From NCBI GenBank assembly GCA_002633005.1, contig NMRA01000282.1, positions 271,748-335,747 of the forward strand: DNA of 64,000 nt, given 5' to 3'. Each line of letters starts with the position of its first letter. Position 1 is the first letter of the stretch. A program made the position numbers and the translations under genes. Source of the DNA: Phoronis australis. Taxonomy: Eukaryota > Animalia > Phoronida. The notes under the pieces are model-generated. The model had not been told where the DNA came from. It did no database searches and saw only the letters and a list, made by a program, of their open reading frames with translations. Positions 13,996 to 27,911 of the stretch are shown one piece after another.

Positions 13996-14608
13996 TTTTT
14001 GTGCACCCACACATTTATATATGGATGCATATTGTAGTCATTTTTGTATGGGCATCAGCAGCTTTTATCTCCTAAACTGCTAGCTAGGTTTTAATGAGAT
14101 TTGGTATATTTGTTCCTATGAAGCTGGCAAGGGACGACAACGACTATCAGGCTGATCTGGCTATCGCTGTCCCCCCTAGTGGCAACTTCGTTTTTTATGG
14201 TTACCTTTGTAATTTCATAATTCTTGGATATTCATTAAATTTTGGACAATAAGTTTCCATTTTGAAGGTGACGACAATTACATTTTTAAAATATCTGAAA
14301 CTTTTGCAGTGCCTAGTGGCTGTTGTGCGTTGTTGTGTCTATCTTTTTATCTGCCACAGTGCCTGAAGGATCATATCTGATGTGGAGGCCCCAGTTGATC
14401 ATACATTTATTCTACGTTGAAATCTGTACATTGGAGTTATTTAGCACTTTTTATTGGAGTGCGGCATTCTAGTTTCCGATGGAAATAGCATCTGTCAATA
14501 TTGGGATGGATTTTATGCAACCAACTGTCCAAGTTTCACATGAATAACATCCCTTGGAAGCACATTGTTTGCTTTGCTATTGTGGCCTTATTTCGAGTTG
14601 CTGTTGTT
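13996..14608 (+). mobile_element. Degenerate HINE/DINE-like element nested between the two ISL2EU genes
   Basis: 5' hairpin ttttt-gtgcacccac..tggatgcat, core ccccctagtggc and 3' gttgctgttgtt match the element at 36853-38376. Confidence 0.6.
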
Positions 14609-14941
14609 AATGACTCACAGAGCACGTGACTCTACGGTTTCAATCCATGATAAAGGGTTCTAATGATCTCATTTGCTTCATTACGGTTCCATTTTAGATA
14701 AACCATGTGTGATCAGACCATCGGTTGTGAAACGAATAATAATGCAGGGATCAGAATTATACCACATCTATCTGAACTATATATGTATATATATTTATAT
14801 ACTTTAATTACTTTCTTAAATAGATGAGCTCAACAGCTTGACATACTTGAGGAATGACAGTATACACTGGTATTTACACAGACATGCACTTTACTTGCAA
14901 CCTCAGTCATCTACCATGATACTAGTAGCGTGTTGTCATTG

Positions 14942-17144
14942 TCAGTCAAAAGGTACAATAGATGGACATGTGTTAGTTAGAGCACAGGCCACCTGTACAG
15001 CTTTGTCAAGTGTTGTGAGACTTGTTATTTCATCCGACTGTAACAGAGTTATTGGTGCGATTGACTGCAACATTGTATACTTCTGCCGGACCACACCAAT
15101 AACTCTTTCTACATGAATTCGAACTGAAGCAATTTCACGAGATTTCTCTACTTCGTACCTGGTTAGCTGGGCTTTTCTCTAGTAAATGCTGGGATCTCCA
15201 ATGACCACCATATAATCCCACTGACTCTCGAATGTCAAAACCTCTATCTGCTAAGACTACATCACCGGGACCGGGATTAATATTCGATAAAAAACCAGAG
15301 TTTTCTGTCAGGTGCATGTCACTGACACGGCCCCCCATCCCTTTGAAATGAAAATTATTGCACCCTGAGGAGCAATGCCAATTTAATACTTCATGGTATT
15401 GTGTGACTTGTAATTGGAATATGTGGTATTTCTGGCACCAAGGTCCTTTGACCGTTCAATGAATACTTCAAAGCAATCTATTACTACTACACATTTAGGA
15501 AATGTTTTCCTAAAACACACTGGGAGTGACTTTCGGAGACAGTGGCGTTCTGGCCAAAATATGTTTAGAGGGACAAGTCGACAGTGACAAACATCAATAA
15601 CACTAATAAATATGCGTGAAATTGTGGATGAACTTATGTTAAACCTGAACGCAAGATCCTGAATATTCAGATTAAGTCTTAGTCTCATCAAAGTGATGAC
15701 AAACTGCTGAAACTTTGTTACGGAGTCGAAGTTCCTCAAAAATTTTTTCACAACTGAAAAGTTAATCATTAACAACTGGTAGTTTGCTAAACCGGTACAA
15801 AACCGGACTTTTTCATCACAGTTCACAAAATCGTGTTCATCCAAACTCAAGTTTTTTTTCATTAAGTAACACGTTTTCTTGGCGCAAGCTCAAAACTTCA
15901 GCATTCAGGATTTCGTTTTGTCTGTGCAGATTCGAGATTTCGGCATTTGCAGAATTGACAACCTCCCAGTCACAAGGTACTGTGTTAACAGATTCTTGGT
16001 CATTTATTGTAGTCACTTCAGAGTAAGTAGTATCTTCGCCCTCGTCATTATTTCGAGATAGGTCCAACAGCTGTTTGCAACATCCCTTTCTCTTTTTCTG
16101 CTCGGCGACGCTAGTCTGAGTTGCATCTTCGTTCAAATGCAGAGAGTGCTTGTTTTCTTTTCTCAACTTGGGCTGCAGAAGTGTGAGCAAACACACTGGG
16201 CATGTAGTCGGGACAAAGCTTGTCATCTGACTTCTTTCTTAGAAAATAATGCACCAATGAAACTATTCCCACATACTACATGTGCTAATGTGTGTTTGCG
16301 AATTGCGGAAATTAATAAAAACATGACAATGCAAAAAACAGAGGCCAGCCTTTAAAAAACAGTAATGAATGTGCTTACTTTAGCAGCTGATTAGTTCCAA
16401 ACTGCTATCGATAAATTATTTCAGTAATGATTACATGTGCTGAGAATACACATGTGAATTACAAGAAGCATCCAAGAGAAAAATTTCAGGTCAATGTTTC
16501 TCTTTACTACTCCAGGGAACAATATTCCTGGGTACGCCTTTTTACAATTGCAACAACTCGCGAAAGTTTACCGCTTAATTACATGTTATGAGGTTTGTAA
16601 AATTCGGTACACTAACTAGTTTTCAGAAGTAAAGCAAATAAGTAAAATACACGGAGGAACAGAGAAGTGTCAACAAAGAAAGGCACGGACAAGTTTTAAA
16701 TCGTCTTTTAAGTTTAGGATTCCACATATTAACTTTTACGACATTAATCGGAACTTAAACCTGGGCTTGCCTTCAGTGATATGACAAATATGGCGCCCTA
16801 GCTTATAATCTAGTAGAAGCCTGGTCGGACAATGAGGAGTCTCGAAGAACCAAAGACAACGGCAGAAATATTAACTAATTATGCAAAACTGAGACAGGGT
16901 GGAAGCGGTGGAAGCTTCTAGTCACGATAAACTCATCGATTACAATAATATTATTTACCTGATTGAAATGTGCGCTACAGAGCCTAGAGTACGGTGTAGG
17001 AGTCCAGTTCTGACGACTCACTGCTGAAATCCACCTATTTCGTCGATCTGGCTCAGAATTTACACTAGGGAATCTATAAAACGACAAATTCTTGTCCCTG
17101 GACTGGTTGTTGCTGCAACCTACCGCCACACAATAAATAGGCAT
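14942..17144 (-). pseudogene. THAP - HTH - DDE_Tnp_4 (Harbinger/ISL2EU) transposase, 2 exons
   Basis: Exon 1 16959-17144 MPIYCVAVGCSN..FYRFP..W..LCSAHF. Exon 2 from ~16238 contains [52 protein letters not shown] and ends CPSIVPFD*. Frameshifted. Confidence 0.92.
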
Positions 17145-18745
17145 GACTAAAGAAATCGAGGAAAACAAACACAAGCGTGCAACAACAACGACAGCTGGAC
17201 GTTTCTACACGTCCAACATGGTGAACACACAAAGTGATGACATCACTTGAAATACCTTAATATGGTCAAATTCATCGGCTATGCGCCGTACTTTATGAAT
17301 TGCGTGCCAGTACCTCTCAGATTTTCTACTTAGGGGTTAGAACGCCTGAATTATGAACATAGTAATTTCTACTATGCATACACCACAAGGCATGGGGATA
17401 TAATAATGTTGATCCATTGAAATCTATTTCTATGAGTATGTGGCAGCACCTCAATTGCCATATACTTCAGACCTGTTTCAAAAAGCTGAAGTCCAAATTC
17501 CTGACTAATACAATGCAGAAAGCAAAGCAGCTATTATTTAACTGAAGTATGCAAAGAGTTGGCTTCTAAGAAGGAAACTGGCAGTTCAGGAAGAGTCCTC
17601 ATTTCCATCTGATGGCATGGCTACAACTAATGTGAGAGCTAGTCTTTGAAGGAATGCATTTGTCCTAGCTGGAAATGGGCCAAAATTCAATAACACCAAG
17701 TACACTCAGGAACAGCTTAATTAAGCAATTACACGAAGAAAATGGTGGGAGGGTAAGAGGTACATTGCCTGGTGGTGTCAAGGGCTGATCAACAAAGAAG
17801 TATTATGTCTTGTTTTACAAAAAAAGCAAGAGTCACCCAAGTCGTAAAGCAGACATTCAGGCGAAGGTGTCCAATAGTTGACTTAGAATTCATAAGATAT
17901 CCTATGTCAAAAAGAAAGCATTCACATAAAAATCTCAAACCCAGAGAAAGACATTGCACAGTGAATGTTGCCATGTTTAATGCTATTCAGGATCGTGAAA
18001 AGCATCAAAATCTTAGTAGCATGATGTTTGAGTGGAAAACATTGTCACCTCAAAAAAGGCCACCTGAAAAAAATATATGAAATTTTCTGGTGGCGACTCC
18101 TGAGTGGAGATTGCTTTAAGGACAGTTGACATACTACATCATTACTGGAGGCAGGGGAGTTTGCAAAGTGTTTAAAGATGAGGAGGGGGGTTGGCTCTGG
18201 TGAGGTAATTAAAGACTGAACAGGAAAGTGGGTAGTCAGACGGTGAAGACAAGCTGGGTAAAAGTAACCTAGTTTATTTGACTGAACTAGACTCCATGCA
18301 TAGATATTTTACTCCATTACATGTATATATTTAAGTATTGTGTGGTTTGTATATTTTATCTAGTTCTCCATTGAGGATGTCTTATAATAAATAGATATTT
18401 TCCATCATCTTTAAGTTATTACATAAATTTTCTCCATTTCAGCTTTGTCACTCACCCACTATTGGCATGTGTTTATGACAGGATTTCAGGGGTTAATTAG
18501 CTTAGGTGTTTATTGTACATGTTTAGTTTAAAGTTATTAAAAAGTTCCCACCATGACATTGTCTACCAAAAATGAATTTTATTAATACATCTTAAGAGAT
18601 TTAATAGTTTTTAGTATACCTACTGCTTAGAAAAAGCCAAAAATTTAAAAAAAAAATTCTGTTCTACGTAACGGGTGGATCGTCTCCGCCATTGTTGAAC
18701 TAAGGAGTCGAGAGGAAAGCTCGTGGGTAGCTGCCTTTTTCAGTC

Positions 18746-18991
18746 ATGAAAAGGTGCGTTTGTGGCGGCTGTAGCAACAGCAATTTGACTGAGAACATCT
18801 CCGTATTAAAATTCCCAAAAGATATCAAAGCTGCACAGAAATGGCACCAGTTTGTGCGCCGTACTCGGGTATGGAATATGACTGTTGAACATGCGATCCG
18901 ATCGGGAGCCACCATTTGCTCGTCACAGTTTAGTGAGTCGTGTTTCGACCCCACACAGAAGCGGTGATACGATGAAGGACTCACCACCTTG
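18746..18991 (+). pseudogene. THAP-domain exon of a decayed DNA transposon
   Basis: MKRCVCGGCSNS..KFP..WHQFVR..ICSSQF..CF, with an in-frame stop, then a GTAAGT donor. Confidence 0.8.
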
Positions 18992-21129
18992 TAAGTGTAT
19001 TTTCAAATTTTATAAATAATGAACAAACTGCTCCTATTCTAGGGCGATTGAGGAGTGGCCCTCGACTCCGGCCCAGATCGAGTGCTACTACACGTAGCCT
19101 CGTAGGCTTATGCCATTACGGAGTTAAGCACTGCCTACCACGTTCATTCCATCATGACAATAGTGAATAGGAGTGACCCAGGTTTACTTTGTCCTTTGTC
19201 AGCGATTATAAAGTGTCAGTTTTGTTAAAATTGACCACCCCTTGGTTCAGTTGAGTTGGTTGTGGCTCAGTACCTTTCTGTATGAACACTGGATTATTAC
19301 TGCAGTATTCAGAGGAGGAAATCAAATGCCTGTAATTCTTTGAAGGCAAAATTTTACGCTGGTCTTCTTCAGTAAACAAGATGGCACCTACATTCTGCAG
19401 GTTGTGTACTTGCGATACTCAAACATTCAATGTAACAAGGAAGGCCATTACAATTCTTCATTAACCAGGGGTGTTGGTCGTAAATACACTGTCAATCATG
19501 CAAGCACTGTTATTTGTGTTCCATGATTCAACCCACTTATAGTTTTCTTCGTCAAAGCCTCATTCAAATCAGCAATTTTTTGCAGCGAGTCTCTTCATGA
19601 CATTTGTACTGTTTTATTGTTGGACAGATTAGACTGGAGAATCCTGTAACTTATCCTTTAGCACTGATGTGTGCCAATAGGATTTCCATATTCCAGTGTG
19701 ACAAGTGAACACAGCATGCACTGGATTCTAATTTAGATTTTCTTTACCATGCCTCTAAGTAATTCTCGGATGCCTTTTATTGTGTAATGGGTGTGGATGT
19801 GTTCGACTCGATCAGTCCATGTGTCATGTGGGTTCTTACAATGTCATTGCAGAGTCCTTCAAACATGTAACTTGTAAGTCCATACACTGTAGCAAATGCA
19901 TAGGCGTATACATGAATTATACTGGAAGAAAATCTTGACTATGTTGTACTGGATGCAGTGTGAGTTAACTAAGTTCTTCATATTTGTTTTGCAGTCGTCT
20001 TCGCTTACTTCCTGGCAGTGTGCCATCAGTTTTACCTGTATCTAGTAAACTAAGCACATTGCCGTCTCAGCGAGTGGTTGTGAGTACAAAACGCAAAGCT
20101 GAACGGGCTGTGGTGACAAAAAAGGTTCAAACTGCAAGGGTAAGTTCATTGCCATGAGTTTTATAAATTTGTGATTGCCTTGTGAGATTTCATATCGAGT
20201 TAATTCCGTTTTGACATCGTATTGCTCTGTCAAAGTGCTATTTTTATACTATTTCAAACCGTCTAGGTTTGGTAAATATTCTCAATTTGCACTTGTCTAG
20301 ATTCGTGAAGAAGTACGTTCGCTTGCCAAGCAGCATCAACCCAAGAACCCGAAAGCTCCTCACACTGTGTCTCGTGCTCCATCGCCTTCACCACCTAAAC
20401 TTATGTGTTCCTGTGAAACAGAACTCATCGTAAAGCCTATCAAACAAGATGCTGAAACACAAACGAAAATTACTGGTAATTTGTTTGAATTATCATGGGA
20501 ATGCATTTCACGAATACTTGGTTATTGAGTTGAGTATACTTAATTTATGGGCTGAAGTGGTTTGACTATGGACAGAAGAAAGGCGCATTTTGTATTTCTC
20601 CATAATAGCATTATCTTGTCAGGGACGACCTTCATCAGTACACTGCTACTGTGCTTTATTTTGTTTTGTATATGTATATTGCTTTGAGGTGCTTTAAAAA
20701 AAAATAACGTGTTTTAATGTATTGAACATGGCTTATGTTGGAACATCACACCTCGTATGAAAACTTCAGATACCATGCTTTATCCACTGTTATAGAAAAG
20801 GTTGTTAGGGTTTGTTTTTAAAATTATCCACTTTTGTGTGAAGGTTTATCCCAAAATAGGAATTTTGTGATTTGCGTAACTTTTTAATTTTCATGAATTG
20901 AAAATGATTAAAAACTGTAACAGCATTTTTGATATCTCATTTAGAAAATTTATCTCAAATGAAATTTGATCATGCATGTTATGGTTACCGTAATTGATAC
21001 CATTGTTTTGCTATCATTGTACCTTTCCTTTTTCCTGAATTTTACGAATACATGGTCACGTGACCCACTTATATCAGATTAGTAAAAAGTCAAAAATGCT
21101 GCAAATTGTACAGGATTTCTACTTTCAGA

Positions 21130-21946
21130 AAGTGTTTGTAATTGACAAGCGCGTTAAAGAAACTTATTCATCAATGGTCCATATTTCTGCAGACCAACTA
21201 CTTATCAGGAAATTTTAAGGAATCTTTCGCAAGAATTGCAGCAGTTGTTTCCTGGAAATCTTCCATCCAAAGATAAAGTATTTGAGGCAGAGAAAAAGAC
21301 TGCACTGTGTTTTCAGTCATATGTCGTTCCAGAGCAGACTTCTACAGGCTGGAAAATCAATCCTAAAAACCTGCTGAAAGTAATCACCACCTTCAGGTAT
21401 CCTTTTTTCTATGAGGAGAAAGATTCGATCTTGTTAGTTATGGGAGATGGTCGTGAGTTTGGCAAATGTCACAATACATACGTGGCACTTTCTGTAATTA
21501 AAGATAAGATAAGACAAAGCAACATGGTTTTGACTATCACAGTCCAAAAGAGTATTTTCCTGTTGCTTTAATCTATGAATCTGACAACAGAAATAATCTT
21601 GAACAATATTTCATGAAACCCATCCATCTGTTAATAGTTTCAAACCAACACCATCAAGCCAAATATTTAACTGCTGATGACATCAACAAGTTTGTGCACA
21701 CTTGCTTGGATTCTAGTGGCCGACCTAATCCTCTGTCTGCCCCTGTGTGGAACATTTATGGGGACAATACTCCCCAACAAAAACAACAATTTGCAGAAAA
21801 TGGCTTCTGAACAAAACTTGCACTCATTGTTTATAATGTCTAGGCCATACAGCATTTTTTCAAACATGGACATAACTAAAATATTTCAGTGCATTCTTCA
21901 CAGAGGTACGAAAATTGACGATAAGTTGATAAATTTACCTCTGTAA
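21130..21946 (+). pseudogene. Decayed transposase-like core (possibly Transib/RAG1-like)
   Basis: LPSKDKVFEAEK..GWKINP..LLVMGDGR..VALSVI..HSPKEYFPVALIYESD spread across frames. Family assignment tentative. Confidence 0.4.
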
Positions 21947-22289
21947 CTACTAAGTTCATCCATTGGCTGATTTTGAAGATATTTTGAGATACTTTGATGG
22001 TATTTTGCATAGGTGGCTACTAAGAAGATGATGACATCTTTATAATTTGACACTTTGTGGGCACCTAGTGGCCATTTTTATTACTTTTTGAATCTAGTAT
22101 TTTGCCATTTGCGGTGCACAATTCATACCCAGAGTTGCTCTGGTTTATATTTGGAAATTCCATGGTTATTACTTGTCATGTTTGCAGTGAACTCATGCAA
22201 TACCCAAAAGTTTTGCAAGGGAACACCTATGCAAGTAGCACATGATAGGCCAACACTAGAAAGTTGACTCTAAAGATGGAACAAACTTA

Positions 22290-23500
22290 AGCTTGATACC
22301 AGAGCAGAAACAATCTACGCATCATTCATTGAATTCTCCATACCACAAGACCTATGTTGACTGTAGCCTTGTAAAAATGTGTTTTTTGCAACTTGTATTT
22401 GCACCTGTTTTGGATCTCAGTGAAACAATTTGAATGTGGATTGTCTGTCAAAGAAATAAACTACTAGCAATGAACCAAACTCAAAACAACCAAATTGCAA
22501 ACGAAGTTGCACAGTGTGTCATGCAATTCTAAGAAGTATCCTCTGTCCAAGAATTCCACTGACAAAACTTTTAAATGATCCAAGAAAAACTTTAAACCAA
22601 GGTCACCAACATCAAACTCCAATTCAGGACAATTCAAGCATGTCTGTGACAAAAAGCCATTCAGGATCCTCTAAAGCATGATAATGAGAACCTGCGATCG
22701 TTACTACAGAAACCAGATTTTCAGAATTCAAAGCCATGTTCAAACAACAATATGTGACGAATGAGAGGAAAAGAAGAAACAACGTAAATGATTCAGTTTC
22801 AAGCACGCCATCCGATAAGCGTGTGATTTATCCTTACCCCATTGTAGATTCAAATGCTGGGGTCTTGTTGAGAGTTATGTCTCATGTGGTCCCATAAAGA
22901 AAATACAATTATTATACAATACACAGCTATAGACATTCTAAAGCAAAACCTAAATTTCTCGGTGATGTTTGCAACTCAATTTGTACTCATACGGTTAGTG
23001 ATAAAGACAATGTTTTATTTTTCATAAGACAGAAGTAGTATCTGGAGATTGATCAAGGTGGACTGACGGCATCAAGTAGATCGCTGTAATCATTTTGCCT
23101 CTACCCTTGAATCAACATTTAGAAACCATATTACGAGCGGAATTGAGGATAGCAAACTTAAGAAGCATTTTTTGCTTAAGTCAAGGAGAAGTGTGTAAAT
23201 TCAGATTATGTGAGCTGTGTTGCCTCATACATTTTCCACGTAACCTGCCTTTCTGATCTTCTAAAACAATTCCCTTGCAGTTTGCTCTGCTCTCATATGG
23301 ACACAGTAATCTTATTATTGCTTAATGTGTTTTATCTTCTGATGATGGTGTTTCAATACACGCCGAAACATGTAGTCGGTTTAAATTCGTTGCTGTTTTT
23401 ATTTCCATTACCTTCAGGTAATGGCGTCTTTCTGTTAAGTGTAACAATGTCCCTTTCCCTGAATCAGCAGACAGTGTTGATGATTGTTAATAGTTCCATC
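22290..23500 (+). mobile_element. Penelope-like element relic
   Basis: Degraded coding-like sequence ending in a pLTR-like region that carries a minimal hammerhead core. Boundaries approximate. Confidence 0.5.
23331..23385 (+). ncRNA. Minimal type I hammerhead ribozyme motif
   Basis: CTGATGA (23339-45), T, stem II GGTGT/ACGCC, GAAAC, ATGTA loop, GTC cleavage triplet. Stem I is weak. Confidence 0.65.
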
Positions 23501-23599
23501 TAAATTACAATGTTATTAATCTTGACTGTATGTTTACAGACTGTGAGTGGGGTTTCAGCACTATGACAAGAACTAATACAATGCCAAGAAACCTGTTCT

Positions 23600-24120
23600 G
23601 ATGATAGTCAGAACTATAAGCACATGGCCTTGTATTCAAGAATACCCCATTGACATTTTTTTCCCAAGAAATGCCCATGGGACATCAATGGGCCTTTCCA
23701 TAAAAAAGTTCAAATTCCAAGAAAACCTGTTAGGAAAAAAATGCCACTAGGGGCACAGCAGTTTTTGAGCTCGTGAAAATTTGGCACCTATCCTCCTCTA
23801 CTTGACAAAGATATTTGATGCCAAATTTCTTTCAAGTGGTTTGGAACAGAGAGAAGCAGACACCAGACGGACGAGTTCAGTAGTTTTAAAAAAGTTGACG
23901 AGTTTCCTCGAAATAGGTCTTGCTTGCTCGAAATTACAGCAAAACTTAAAAAGGAAATTAGATGCAAAATAAACTAATCATTTGACAAGTATCGGGAAAT
24001 TTTTGCTTCGAAATTTCCTCGATTTTTGATCAGACGAAAAATCATCAACTTTTTTGAAAACTGCTTTGCGGAGATGACATCAATATGCACATACCTATTG
24101 TATACGTGGGTGCATAAAAA
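23600..24120 (-). mobile_element. HINE-like element fragment
   Basis: Hairpin atgcac..gtgggtgcat-aaaaa at ~24086-24120 and a gccactagggg core at ~23743. Left boundary uncertain. Confidence 0.5.
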
Positions 24121-24950
24121 CCATTGTGTACAAAAGCATTAAAATCATAAGCTCATTTTTGTACACTGTACAGAGACCTTATTTTTCATCTGAAATAACA
24201 TTCTGATAGGCCGTGTGCCCGTAAGACATCAAGCATTAAACATCAGTAGAGAAAAAATAACTTATACAATCTTGAATGTATTATCTGAAGAATCACCTTA
24301 TTAGCCATACACTAACAAGGTGGTTCTCATAGAACTGTGATTGACCAGTCACTCTGAGTGTTGCCGATCCACACAATGCTACCTAGATCTGATGCTACAC
24401 AGATCAGGATTTCCCCTGGAACTTTGCCAATTATTGGGACCATGACAAATACAGAAAATCTACAGACAGTCTATTCCAATAGTTGTGTGCACGGTAAAAA
24501 TTCTCTCGTTTGGGACTCAGCACACTGAAAAAAGGTTGGAGCTCATACCAAATTTTAGAAATAGGCAATATTGGCAGTCCAAAATTAAAGAATGACGATC
24601 GACATACGACCCTTGACCTCAATGTTAAACAATATTCGTAAGCATGAAATGTTGCATTGTCGGCCATTTTCTATAATTTCATGAACTGTCAGATCTAATT
24701 TCAGACTTCATTGATTCGAAATGTAATATTTGAGAAATTATGATGAACGACAAAATTGCCCACGTCCCAATCTTTAGAATCAAGAGAATTCAAATTTGGT
24801 TTTCAATATCTGTGTCCCAAATTTTAGAGACTACCGTACTGGATAACTTTTACCGTAAGCAGTAGACTTAACAGCAATAACAGGATAACGTGAATACAAC
24901 TTATGGACAAGATAATAATAAATTAGTTACTGGGAAATGCCATGTTTTAC

Positions 24951-25240
24951 TTACGGCAGTAGCTTTTTCCTGGTATGTTTACATTTGTTTGCGATGGCAT
25001 CCAAACACGTTTTCCACTCACTCTCGAAATCCAGAACTGAGTCTTTAAACTTAGCGTAGACACGAGACTTGATCTGCATAAGTTTCACAGTGTCCAGTTG
25101 TTGAAAATTACGATATCCCGTCGGTGTCGAGGATGCAAGCTCCTGCTGTGAGAAGGTCAAGTCACACAATCGCAGTGCATAACGTCGTGCAGTCAACGTA
25201 GTCGGTAAATGAGAACTCAACGCATCAGAAAAGTTAGGGA
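24951..25240 (-). CDS. BEN-domain exon A (phase-1 acceptor)
   Basis: Polypyrimidine..TTTCAG acceptor. Uninterrupted YALRLCDLTFSQQELASST.TG..QLD..KL..IK..V..F..W..C..AIANKCKHTR follows the BEN pattern. Ends at TAA, which overlaps a possible GTAAGT donor. Confidence 0.85.
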
Positions 25241-26981
25241 CTGAAAAACAAAAAAATACAGCCATGCACTTCTGAGAATAAATAACACATCTTTTTATAG
25301 TACGTTTGAGTGAAAGAAAAATTAAACTGAACCTTGAACAGGACTACCGTTTATGTAACTGCCACGGCAGAATAGAGAGCAACAATTCATAGAAACAGTC
25401 ACAGCCAATTACTCGTTTATCAATGCACTTGGGAATCGTTTGTTGACATTTCTGTCTTTTTGACTCAATTGTTCCATAATCTACAAAGAAACAACATGAA
25501 CTAATAAGAAACTAACAGCAAAAATTGGAACAAAGAATCAAAATGGCATGGAAATAAAAACTGGTTACTCATACATCGTGATTCGATTACAATTTGATCA
25601 ATCATCGCACTCTACACCAACAATTGAGCAGCAACAAACAAAAGATAGTGTGCAGCAACAATGACATAATTATCAAAGGTGCACAGTTCACAGCACACAT
25701 GCACAAATATGGCAGTTTCCAGTTCTCATAACTGTGCCCACAGACCTTCAGTCCAAACTCTTGTTACATAACAATTCAGCATTTACCTTGGTAGTGATGG
25801 CGGAAAGGGGTAATAAAACTGATACAACAGAGATTATGCTTTGCATTTGCATTGTGCGACTTGCTCAAAGTGTCACACCTCCAGTTTAAAGAATTGTCGA
25901 TACTTTTTTATAAAAGTCAACCAAAAAGATTAAAAATAAAGTCAGAATAAGCAGAATGTGCCAAGTTGAAAGGCACCATTCCCCTTTCAGGAGGCGGTTA
26001 CTATAAATGAAATTGTCTTAAATTTTGCTCGGATCTTTGCTAAGGTCACTTCTACACCAAACTAAATTACTTTTCAGACGGAAGTTGAAGTTATGAGCTT
26101 TTTCCACAATGTAAGTACAGTACAGCCACTGAATTATTAGACTCTCTCCGGTCTGCCTAGGCGCGACTGTAACCGGAGAAATACCGGAGAGTGAGGCGTG
26201 AATCAACCGTGACAGCTGGCGTGAGCCTAAGAGTGACTGTACCCGAAGCTTACCGCGAGTTAGGTGTGAACGAAGCGCAAGCCAGCCATGAGTTTCCCCG
26301 TCTTGTCTACAGTCGGAACAGTCTTTAATTGCTATCCCCACTCGTTTAGCGAACAAAATACTGTATCGTATTTTGAGTGGCGTTTCCCATCGCTAGAATC
26401 ATCTTGACTAGTACGCTACTTGACTAGGACACTATTTAAGATTTAATTTAGGTTTGTCTGAACACACTACCAAGAGGGTTTATTTGTCTTGAAGACAAGT
26501 ACATTACGACTAAATATATCGTCATTGTTTCATTCAAGTTAGTGCTTACAATTTAATAATGATTTTGCGACTAAGGATGTGTTTGTGTTATGCGTGTTTC
26601 CGTACGCAGCAATGGAGGCAAAATGTGCAATACTCAAAGTGACACGAAGACACGTTTAGATTATGCTTTATTATAATAAGTAACTTTGCATATAGATAAA
26701 CACCATAGGCCTAGTGGAGCTATGAAATATGAACAAAAAGCCCAGATCATCTAACAAACGGCAGTAAAATGCGAGCATGCATGCAGAAAAGAGTAATGAT
26801 AACACTATCAAATAAAAATACCACTAATGCTACTAGTAATGATATTACATTTTAAGTAATACTAATAGTAACTATAATAGTAACTGTACTAGTAACAACT
26901 ACAGTATCAACTTCATTGCAGAGACACAAGTACATGTACATTGTAGGCATACAAAAAGAAGATGTCTACACGAAGGAAATA

Positions 26982-27268
26982 CTAAAATCGGCCTTTAGCC
27001 ATTTCTCTTCTAATATGTCGGCATTTTGCAGATATGGCATTCAGACAGGCTTTCCAAACGGTGTCAAAATTGGGGACTGACCCACCAAAGCGCCCTCGAA
27101 CTTTTGACTTTATTTCCTGTAGTTTGCTACTGTTTAAAGCCGGAGCGCCGCGGAAGCCTGTAACCGTCCCTGAGGCCAATTCCTCACGGCTAAACAGCCG
27201 GTCTGCTAGGATGCCTGCGTATCGTCTAGCGGCGTGTGATGGTGGTAATTTACCCACGACGGAGTTTG
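26982..27268 (-). CDS. BEN-domain exon B (phase-1 acceptor, terminal), inside the Tc1-type element
   Basis: ATTTTTCAG acceptor. Intact YAGILADRLFSREELASGTVTG..LNSSKLQEIK..WKACLNAISAKCRHIR. 40/80 aa identical to exon A without gaps. Confidence 0.85.
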
Positions 27269-27911
27269 CTGAAAAATATTTGTAACCGCAATTATCATTT
27301 TTATTTGTATTATTCCATTTACTTAACGAAGTAAAACTTCAACGAAGTTATAGACGTTTATTATTTAATTACGGTCTACGTTATCCACTCTTTCTTAAAG
27401 TGATTAAAGTAATTAAAATAACCTAAACGGTTAAGAGGGACTCGGCCAACATGTGCTGAACGCTACAGTATCTCAAAGGTCAAATAAACAGAAACATCTG
27501 GTGCAAATAATTTTGTGGTTTTTGACGACCGGAGACTCAAATTCAGTGTATATGTAATCTACTCCAAACCCAGAGCCCATTCACGCAAGGGCCAGTGGGG
27601 ATGACCAAAAACCCTAGGGCGCACGATTTAAAGAAAAACAATGTGTGAAAGAGTACCATTTTCGGACACCGGTGCGTAACGCGCTTCAGACTATTTCGAC
27701 AACAAGAGGCACCTTTTAGTAATTGGGCTTTTTGCAGTCTAGAACTAGCTACTTTTATTTATTTATATATTTAAACTTCTTTAAAAGACTGGGTGACCAT
27801 TTCAGTGTATACACTGATTTTCAAGTGGGCCCACTCAGAAATAATTACATGAAGCAAAATACAGACACTGAATAACGCCTACTATCCAGTGGAGCACATG
27901 TAACTGGTCCA

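Larger units (their letters stand above)
10414..17259. mobile_element. ISL2EU-type (PIF/Harbinger-related) DNA transposon, full length but pseudogenised
   Basis: TIR TAAGGTATTTCAA at both ends plus a shared internal tggacgtgtagaa. Flanked by AT at 10412-13 and 17260-61 (alternatively read as TTAA+GG). Contains convergent YqaJ and THAP-DDE genes. Confidence 0.88.

Noticed and set aside
19300-20100. Degraded minus-strand coding-like stretch inside the THAP intron
   Set aside because: Too many stops to assign a family; probably another TE relic.
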